A stretch of DNA of 64,000 bases from Octopus sinensis (lineage: Eukaryota). Position numbers and translations under genes: made by a program. Under the pieces are notes generated by a model. That model did no database searches. It saw nothing but the letters and a program-made list of their open reading frames with translations, and was not told the DNA's origin. How positions within the stretch are numbered: the stretch's first letter is position 1; the number at the start of each line of letters is the position of its first letter. Where the stretch lies: positions 13,516,001-13,580,000 of the forward strand of contig NC_043005.1 of NCBI RefSeq assembly GCF_006345805.1. The letters run 5' to 3'. Shown one piece after another: positions 13,805 through 24,808 of the stretch.

Positions 13805-16800
13805 CAGATGCAGCCTTCTGGCTTCACAGACCCCAGTTGAACCGTCCAACCCATGCTAGCATGGAAAGCGGACACTAAATGATGATGATGATGATGATGA
13901 TGATGATAAGACAGGCTTCTTTCAGTTTCTGTCTACCAAATCCACTCACAAGGCATTGGTCGGCCCGGGGCTATAGCAGAAGACACTTGCCCAAGATGCC
14001 AAGCAGTGGGACTGAACCCAGAACCATGTGGTTGGTTAGCTAGCTACTTACCACACAGTCACTCCTGCACCTAGAGATAAATTTAACAAAAATAGGCTAG
14101 AAATTTCTCCAAATTTGAGTTGCAAGAAGCCACTAATATCTAAATACCCAAACCATTACAAATGGCATGGAATGTTGCCTATAGCCACCCAATTCATTAG
14201 TCAAGCAGACTGCAGAAAATTCAAGAATCTTTGATAATTCGTTTGAAATTGGCAATGGACCTTTAGTTGTTAGAAAACCGATGCACCAGTAATTAATAAT
14301 CTACTACACAGTTTGATTTTTTTGATTTTTAGCATAATCTGAAATGTTATGCAAAATATATCTTTCTTGATAAACATAGGTGTGGCTGAAACAAGTAAAA
14401 GAATAAATTAATACAATTTTAGCCTTGCTGTGAAAAGTAAACAAAGTGGTTATACTACCAGCTTTTATGTCTTGGTGGGAACAATAAGTGGGATTGGTTA
14501 AATAAACTTCAAGGTTTCTTAAACATTTTGAGAAAGAATGCTTATTGTCTGTCCACAAAAAGATAAGTAACCATAGCCATTTAACATATATATCTAGTCA
14601 TTATATACCAGCAAATGTGACTTAGTAGCTTGTAAGCCAGTTGTTTTGTATGCCTATGCAGTTGCAAGTAAGCTCAGAAGCCTTGTCAACCCTCCTATCA
14701 TTGACCCAAATATGTGACAGTGGTAAGAAAGAGAGAGAGAGAGAGATGCAACAATAGTTGGCAAGTACCTATTTTCAAATGAGTAGACATGAGCAACATG
14801 AAATGAATTACCTTGCTCAAGGACAAAAGACACCGACCAATCCAGAATCAAACCCACAACTTTATGATCGTAAGCCCAACAATTAAAATCAATGGTCTAA
14901 TTTTTACAGCAGTATTTACAAAAAAAAAAAAAATCTGGTTAATTACTTTACTTTACTTACTTTTACTTTTACTTATTTCAGTCATTTGACTGCGGTCATG
15001 CTGGAGCACCGCCTTTAATCGAGCAACTCGACCCCCAGGACTTATTCTTTTGTAAGCTCAGTACTTATTCTATCGGTCTCTTTTGCCGAACCGCTAAGTA
15101 ACGGGGACGTAAACACACCAGCATCGGTTGTCAAGCAATGCTAGGGGGACAAACACAGACACACAAACATACACGCACACACATATATATATATACATAT
15201 ATACGACGGGCTTCTTTCAGTTTCCGTCTACCAAATCCACTCACAAGGCATTGGTCGGCCCGGGGCTATAGCAGAAGACACTTGCCCAAGGTGCCACACA
15301 GTGGGACTGAACCCGCAACCATGTGGTTGGTTAGCAAACTACTTACCACACAGCCACTCCAGCGCCTATAATTAATCAATAATTAATCAATAATTCACTC
15401 AATGTGGAGGCGCAATGGCCCAGTGGTTAGGGCAGCGGACTCGCGGTCGTAGGATCGCGGTTTTGATTCCCAGACTGGGCATTGTGAGTGTTTATTGAGT
15501 GAAAACTCCTAAAGCTCCATGAGACTCCAGCAGTGGGTGGTGCTGGTGATCCCTGCTGTACTCTTTCACCACAACTTTCTCTCACTCTTACTTCCTGTTT
15601 CTGTTCTACCTGCATTTCAACTTTTTTACCACACAGCCATGCCCACCCCCATGGAAAGATAAAATGGCTTGTGGTGTAACAATTTTTGTAAATTCATTGT
15701 TTTACTTTTCACAGCAAGGCTATTTTTTGTATGTTTCTCAATAAAGTAATCATCATCATCATCGTTTAACGTCCGTTTTCCGTGCTAGCAAGGGTTGGAC
15801 GGTTCGACCGGGGTCTGGGAAGCCAGGAGGCTGCACCAGGCTCCAGTCTGATCTAGCAGTGTTTCTACAGCTGAATGCCCTTCCTAACGCCAACCACTCC
15901 GTGAGTGTAGTGGATGCTTTTTACGTGCCACCGGCACAGGTGTCAGGGAGGACTGGCAGCAGCCATGATTGGTTGGTGCTTTTTATGTGCCACCGGCACA
16001 GAAGCCAGTCAAGGCGGCGCTGGCATTGACCACGTTCGGATGGTGCTTTTTACGTGCCACCAGCAGAGAAGCCAGTCAAGGCGACACTGGCATCGGCCAC
16101 ATTCGGATGGCGCTTTTTACATGCCACTGACACAGAAGCCAGTCAAGCACCCCCCCCCCCACAAAAAAACACACTGTACTGAGTGAATTCATTGTTGTGA
16201 CACTCCGTTGGTTATGACAAGGGTTCCAGTTGATCTGATGAATGGAACAGCTTGCTCATGAAATTAATGTGCAAGTGGCTGAGCACTCCACAGACATATA
16301 CCTATTTCTTTACTACCCACAAGGGGCTAAACATAGAGAGGACAAAGAAGGACAGACAAACGGATTAAGTCGATTATATCGACCCCAGTGCGTAACCGGT
16401 ACTTATTTAATCGACCCCGAAAGGATGAAAGGCAAAGTCGACCTCGGCGGAATTTGAACTCAGAACGTAGCGGTAGACGAAATGCGGCTACATATTTTGC
16501 CCGGTGTGCTAACGTTTCTGCCAGCTCGCTGCCTTAACGTAGTTCTCAGGGAGATTCAGCATGACACAGAGGAGAAGCAGCAGCAGCAGCAGAGAAAGAA
16601 TTAATCTGACTAATTTCTAGTTTTAGACCTTCACCAGGGAAAGGACATTTTCTGTTCACAGAGTGATAGTCAGCTTATAGCTACTTATAGCATATACTAT
16701 ATTTGTAGAATTAAAAATTGTATGCCTATCAAAAGAGGTTCACCTAACATCTATCATTATTATCATCATCATCATCATCAAAGCTAAAATTATGTTTGTC

Positions 16801-17759
16801 TCAAAAGTTGTACTTACATTGCATTTCAATATATGTATTGCTTAATTAATTTACTGATTAAATAATTTATAATGAAACTGAAGTGAACTAATTATATAAT
16901 TAACAGAACTAATTATATAATTAACTGAAGTAAAATGCAACCAATGCATATGTTTCTATTGGAAACATGACTCTCTCAATATATTTACTCCAATACATTT
17001 TCACATTAAGAATCTTACAAAACAAAAAAATTAATTAATCTAGTGTTAAACAAATTGGCATTAGCATTACGTTGAAAAACACCCTATTTTGTTGTTTCAA
17101 AACAAAAAAAGAACCACCTTGGCAATTTCACTGCATAAAAGAATGCATCTCTTCCAAACGATACACAAACTCAATCAACTCAAAGGTAAAAACAAGGTAT
17201 GTGTGGCAGTTCAGAGAAGACACATCATAATAGATAAGGCCACAGGATGAAGCAAAAGAACTTTGGGTAAAACAACCAATCAATTTATAAATTTGCTAAT
17301 TAATTAAATTAGCTATCTAATTAAGTGATATTAAAACTAAATTGAAATACTTCAAGTCTGTGTTGGAATTGGCAGCATGACCATACCAAAAAATAACAAT
17401 ATATATATATATAGCTGCCCATGTGGCATACTTAATGCATATACATTGTTGACATGTAAGATGCTGTGGCTTTCATGAGATAAAAATCTCTCATAGCTGT
17501 GTTATATCAAAAAACACAATATACCTCACTGAAATATCTTTTACCTTTAATCATTTACTTGCATCAGTCATTGGACTGCAGCCATGCTGGGGGACTGCCT
17601 TGAAGGGTTTAGTCGAACAAATTGACCCCACTAATTAATTTTTTAAAGACCGGTACTTATTCTATAGATCAGTTATTTTGTCAAACTGCTAAATTACAGG
17701 GACATAAACAAACTAACACCAGTTTCAAGTGGTGGTGGGGTCCAAACACAAACATAATG

Positions 17760-17818
<59 letters not shown>

Positions 17819-18770
17819 ATATACATGGAGTGGTTGGTGTTAGGAAGGGCATCCAGCTGTAGGAACCTATCAGATCAGATTGAAGCCTGGTATAGCCTTC
17901 TGGCTTGCCAGACCTCAGTCAAACCATGCAATCCACGCCAGCATGGAAAGCAGACATTAAACAACAATGATGATGATGATACAACAGTTTCTCTCAGTTT
18001 CATTCTACTAAATCCACTCACAAAGAACTGGTTGGCCTTGGGCTATAGTAAAAGACACTTGCCAAAGGTGCCTTGCAATGGAACTGTTCCTGAAACCATG
18101 CAGTTAGGAAGCAAACTGCTTACCACACATGTTTTTTTCAATACAAGATCATCTATAAAAGAATATTTCTTAAACAAGAACTACAGTATCTTGCCTGTCA
18201 ACAATGTATATACATTAAATATGATACATAGATAGCTATTTTAATTTAATACTGCCTCAACTGAATACAATAGCTATATCAAATCTCCTGCAAGTCAACA
18301 CGGGGTTCCTTGATGACAATGTAAACCTCTTTTGATTAAGGTATCTTTGGCCAGAGGAGTAGCTAACAGATTACCCATCATTTGGATAATTACTACTTCC
18401 AAGGTTCTGCTAATTATGAAAAATACCTAGGCTGGATTTTACCTACACTATTCCCTAATTTTGGATATGGATATATATTTATATATATGCACACACACAC
18501 CACACACACACACACACACACATCCCTGCTTTCTGTCAAGGAATCTAGTGCTCTTAGCTTGGTTTTTCCTTGGGGCTGGCCAGATTGGAGCAATCTCAAG
18601 TATAACCAGCCGAAATTGCAAAGATAATCTGGAACTCAACTGAAGAAAGAAAACTCCGAATGACTCATCCTTGCTTTTTTGTATCGTCTGTTTGGATGTT
18701 TTGTTATCCCTTTTTGTATCATCTAGTTGTTCGGATGTTTTGTGTTCTTGTCCCACTTTTGGTATTCTTC

Positions 18771-18802
<32 letters not shown>

Positions 18803-21800
18803 GTGTGTGTGTGTATCAATAGCCAGCAAGACATTGACAAATATATAAAAAAGAAATAATGAACAATATTTAAATCATATATCTTCAAATTTTGATACAA
18901 ACAAGTCATATTACCTGATACTAAGGCACCAATAATTGCTCCTAGCAACAGGAAACTGACCACAATAGATTGCTGGTCACATGACAGCTGGAAATCTCTT
19001 CTTAACTGTAGCAATGCCCCAGATATTACTCCTGGAAAATGAAAACAGTTTGATAGGAAATATGAAATACATATGAATGTTGAAATATATACTTGTTACA
19101 ATTCAAACAAAAATATTTTAAACATCATCATCATCGTTTAACGTCCGCTTTCCATGCTAGCATGGGTTGGACGATTTTGACTGAGGGATGGCGAACCAGA
19201 TGGTTGCACCAGGCTCCAATCTTGATTTGGCAGAGTTTCTACGGCTGGATGCCCTTCCTAATGCCAACCACTCTGAGAGTGTAGTGGGTGCTTTTTACGT
19301 GCCACTGACACGGGGTCCAGTCAGGCAGTACTGGCAACGACATCACTAGAATCTTTTTACACATACCACCAGCACAGGTGCCAGTAAGGCGACGCTGATA
19401 AAAATCACGCTTAAATGGTGCCCTTTTACGTGCCACTGGCTGCTCTGGCAACGATCACGCTCGGATGGTGCTCTTGGCACCCTACTAGCACAGACACAAG
19501 TGCCAGTAAGGCAATGCTGGTAACGATCACGCTTGAATGGTGTCCTTTAAGTGCCAATTCATAGAAATTCATAAATTTAAAGCTTAGTGTTTGCACATAT
19601 TCAAATACACATATGTAAAAATAATTTCCATGGAGGCTTTAACTCTTTAGCATTCAGATTACTCTGTCAAGTGTATCATCATCATCGTTTAACATCCGCT
19701 TTCCATGCTAGCATGGGTTGGACGATTTTGACTGAGGGTTGGCGAACCAGATGGCTGCACCAGGCTCCAATCTTGATTTGGCAGAGTTTCTACGGCTAAT
19801 GCCAACCACTCCGAGAGTGTAGTAGGTGCTTTTTACGTGTCCCCGGCACGGGGGCCAGTCAAGGAGTACTGGCAAATGCTTATTCATTCACATTTATTTG
19901 AATTAATCATGCATCATCTTGTAGCTTTGAGATATCGATGATGAGGTTGTCTAATTTAAAAGTGACATTGCAAGGTAGGTGTGAGAGGCTGGATCTGGCC
20001 AGTTGGCACATAAAACAGGTAGGATATTTTGGCTAGATACATCCAGTTTAAACACTAAAGGTTTAAGTTTTGCCTGGTGGCTTACTCAGTTAGTGATATG
20101 CCTGGTTGAATAAGCTGTCTGGAGAAATTTAAAGCTCAGGTCAAAATGAATGTTGTAATGGATATGACTCACTTCTGCTTCGGTGAACTTTGTTGCTATT
20201 CTCAAACTAGTTTAAAATATAAACTTTAAATTTCATATACACACATATTGAGAGGCAATATTCATCCCCACATAAATGCGGTTGTTCTGTTAGAACAAAC
20301 AATACTGTGGCAGATCCCATGGGTGAAACTCACATATTTGCTTCTATTACTCTTTTATTTGTTTCAGTCAGTTGATTGCGGCCATGCTGGAGCACCGCAT
20401 TTAGTCGAGCAAATTGACCCCAGGACTTATTCTTTGTAAGCCTAGTACTTATTCTGTCGGTCACTTTTGTCAAACCGCTAAGTTACGGGGACATAAACAC
20501 ACCAGCATCGGTTGTCAAGCGATGTTGGGGCGGACAAACGCACACACACATATATATACATAAACACATATACGACAGGCTTCTTTTCAGTTTCCATCAA
20601 CCAAATCCATTCACAAAGCTTTGGTCGGCCCAAGCTATAGTAGAAGACACTTGCCCAAGGTGTCACGCAGTGGGACTGAACCCAGAACCAAGTGGTTGGT
20701 AAGCAAGCTACTTACCACACAGCCACTCCTGCGCCAATACTGTAATATTGCTAGCATGGAGATAAACAAGAGTACATTTTGTGCCAGAAGTTTATATGAG
20801 AGTTTCTCTTGTGGTAACTACTACAGTATACAACAACTTTGTACCAATCCTTCAGGAATTTAGATATAACTAGCAGTATCACCCGGCGTTGCTCGGGTTT
20901 GTAAGGGAAATAACTATATAAGCATTTTTAGATGTAAAGTATAATAGCCATCTCAATATGGCTAACCACAAAGGGTGGTGTTACTGTAGCTTTTTACGTT
21001 CTGAGATTTAATAATACATTTTTAGAGAGTTACTTCTCTTATATAATAGCAAAAAAATGCATTAAAAATGGGGAAAAATTATGGTAAATTTTTTTTTAAA
21101 ATCGTAGACTCATCGTAGACGCGCGCTAATACCCAGAAGGGTGCGATATGAATCACGACTATAAGATACCCGCTTTTGGTTACACTGCACCTCAAAATGT
21201 GGGAGTAGTTAGGAATCTAAATTGTAGGAGACAGACACACAACTTCACTTTTATATATAAAGATTATTCAGTTACAAAGATGGTAAGTGGAGATGCTTCA
21301 AATACTTACCTATGTCATAGCCAAATAATATACCTCCCAAGGCTGCTGTACTAGCAGTGAAAAATAAAAACAGTTTCCTGCAGAATGGTGAAGATGTCTT
21401 AGCACTGGCCTTTGATATCACAGAATCATCTGTCATTTCATATTCTTCATTTGTTCTTGGTGCAGAAATTCCATCTATTTAATTAAGAAACAAGAGAAAA
21501 ATAGTTGCAAAAATAAATATACTACTTAACAAATTGTATTGATTAAACCCTTTCGTTACCGTATTTATTTTGAGATGCTCTGTGTTTCTTTCAGTTATTT
21601 TAAATATAACAAAGAATTCAGTAAAATAACTTAGTTATCATTCAACTAGTGTTAGGAACATTAAATTGTGACTAAGGTCTGATGGAAGATTTTAATTCAA
21701 AACATGCTCAGAGTCAGAGCCAGTTTCAGCCGGGTCAGTATTGAAAGGGTTAAGCATGTGTTTGTAATTTAAATTAACCTAAAATTTTAAAGGAAGGTTT

Positions 21801-24767
21801 TAACTTAGATTACTTTAACCCTTTTGTTATTGTATTTATTTTGATATGCTCTGAGTTTCTTTCAGTTATTTTAAATATAACAAAGAATTCAGTAAAATAG
21901 CTTAGTTATCATTCAGTTAGTGTTACGAACATAAATTGTGACTAAGGTTTGGAGGAAGATTTTAATTCAAAACTTAAGAAAAGAAGACATTTGTACTCAG
22001 AGCCAGAGCTGGTTTCAGCCAGGTTGGTAACGAAAGGGTTAAGTGGGCAGGTAGGCAAGCTGGCAGAATCATTAGTATTTCTCCTGGCATTTTACATTCT
22101 GAGTTCAAATAGAGATGAGGTCAAATATGCCTTTCATTCTTTTCAGGTCAGTAAAATAAAGTATCAGCCTGAATAAAAGATTTTTTGACTGAGTGGCTGT
22201 GTGGTAAGTAGCTTGTTTACCAACCACATAGTTCCGGGTTCATTCCCACTGCGTGGCACCTTGGGCAAGTGTCTTCTACTAGAGCCTTGGGCTGACCAAA
22301 GCCTTGTGAGTGGATTTGGTAGACAGAAACTGAAAGAAGCCCATTGTATATATAATCTAATGCTTGTAGCTTAGTTTTTCCTTGGGGCTGGCCGGATCGG
22401 AGCAATCTCAAGATTAATCAGCCAAAATTGCGAGGATGATCCGGTTCTTGACTGAAGATTAGAGGCTTCGAATGACCCGTCTGTTTTTTTGTATCATCTA
22501 TTTGAATGTTTTGCGTTCTTGTCCCATTTTGTATTTTTATATATATTTTTTATACATACATATCTATATATATGCAAGTGTGTGTACATGTTTGTGTGTC
22601 TGTGTTTGTCCCCCCAACATCGCTTGACAACCGATGCTGGTGTGTTTACACCCCCATAACTTAGCGGTTCGGCAAAAGAGACCGATAGGATAAGTACTAA
22701 GCTTACAAAGAATAAGTCCTGGGGTCGATTTGCTCAACTAAAGGTGGTGCTCCAGCATGGCCACAGTCAAATGACTGAAACAAGTAAAAGAGTAAAAGAG
22801 ATTATTTACAGTCACTGGACTGCAGTCATGTTGGGCCACTGCCTTGAAGGATTCAGCCGAACAAATCGACCCCTGTACTTGTTTTGTAAGACTGGTACTA
22901 GTTATGGGGAACAAACCAGTACCGTTCGTCAAGTACAGGTGAGAAACAAATACTTGCAGGCGTGCACACACACACACACACATGCATACGTATGCAGTGG
23001 AAGCTAACAAGAAAGTAAACATTTACAAAAAACATCTCTATCAAGATAATTGTGGCTGGTTCTTTTTTTAGTGAACAACTTTTGAAACAATATAAACAGC
23101 CCCTTATGTTAGTCTATCCAATGATCCCAACATGTTTAGAGGCATTAAAACAAAGTACATTATTTTTCACCAAAATTTCTTACATTTTCCCATTCCCTTT
23201 TGTCTTCCTGTGGTGTTGGCAGTCGGTGTTGTGGGATGTGATGAGCTATGTGGTCCTGGTGGAGAGGATGACAGATGAGGCAGGCGGAAGTAGGGCTTGC
23301 AGGGGCCAGCAGAAGACTGCAGGGTGAATGCGTTGCAGGAAGCGGAAGAGGTCAAGCAGGATGCACGTGTGGTCATTGACGAAGGGACAGTTCGAGCATA
23401 GACGAGGAAGCAACAGGACGTGTCGAATTCGTAAGAGACCCCTGATCTTCGCCGAGGTAAGGTCTTTTGTTTTTCTTTCTCCCGTTGCTTCTCCTTTCTC
23501 TTGTCCTCTTCATCCATCACACTACACTTCCATAATCCCATTTACCGATTGTGAGTAAAAACACTAAATGAAAATAGGCATGGCTTCAAAGAAATGATAA
23601 AACAATAATTTATTAGTAGCCTTAATGAGGTTGTTTTATTCCCCAATTGATAGTTTAAACATCCCTTGAGTTTCTCTCTCTCTCTCTCTCTCTCGATTAT
23701 TTCATTACATTAAATATATGCAATGCCAATAAAAAAATTAAATTCTGAAAAGTTTTACCATCTTTCAATGTAAAGCTGACATCCGTTATAATATTTCCAG
23801 TCAAACTCTCTTAAATAAACCCACAAACAGTTTCACATTCTTTTCATCTTCTTTGCATGACTTCAAAATGCAAGTTATTTGATGAAAATAACCGTTATTC
23901 GTGATACTATAAAGGGCAGAGGTAAAGATCATGGACCGCAGCCACTTTGGGAATTTCTTTTTTTTCTACAGGAATACACTATATTGAAGGCGGAGATTCC
24001 AAATCTGTAAAAAAATCTGCATTTCAAAATTTTAATCCCACTACCCCATCCCTTTTCCCAATTTCCTAAATTTTCACTTTAAAAAAAAATTGGTGGGGTG
24101 GGGCGAAATACATAGTAAAATACGCAGATTATGATTCTGAGAAAAAAGAAATTGTTAAATTTCAATTTTTCAAAAAAAATTAATAAACACCCCACTCCTC
24201 TCCACCCTACGACAAGTGAAATTAAAGTGTTTTCTCAACTAATGTTTCATGCATGCATAGAATTATAAAACGCAAAAAGTATCCAAACAGAAAATCTGAC
24301 AAGCTAGAAACAAGTTTTCAAAATTTTAATATGAATTACCAAAGAAGAAAAAGTCTCAAAACTTAAACCCCACCCACAATTTCTTCATTTTTCACTTATT
24401 TTAGAAATATTTTTGGGCGAAATACGTAAACAAAATACGGAGATTATGATTCTAAGAAAAAATTGTTTGTAAAATTTCAATTTTTCCAAAAAAAAAATTT
24501 TAAATAATAATAATAAACACCCCTTCCCCTCCATCCTATGACGGAAAGTGAAATTTCCCCCACTCCCTTTTTTTTCTTTGCCAGAGGGGCAAAGAATGAA
24601 AACGCATTTTGGGGGGAAGGGTTCAAAATCTTCAATTTTTAAGTACGCCCCAACCGGAAATCTGACAAGCTAGAAACAACAGCCAAAACGAGGATCAAAT
24701 TTCTAAATAGGAATTACCAAAAAAGAAAGAAAAAAAAAATTTTATGTCATTTTGTGTGTGTGTGTGT

Positions 24768-24808
<41 letters not shown>

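Noticed and set aside
22355-22545. Hammerhead-like pattern in the repeat shared with 18545-18770
   Set aside because: Core reads CTGATTA or CTGGTTA, and stems I and III do not pair in either copy.
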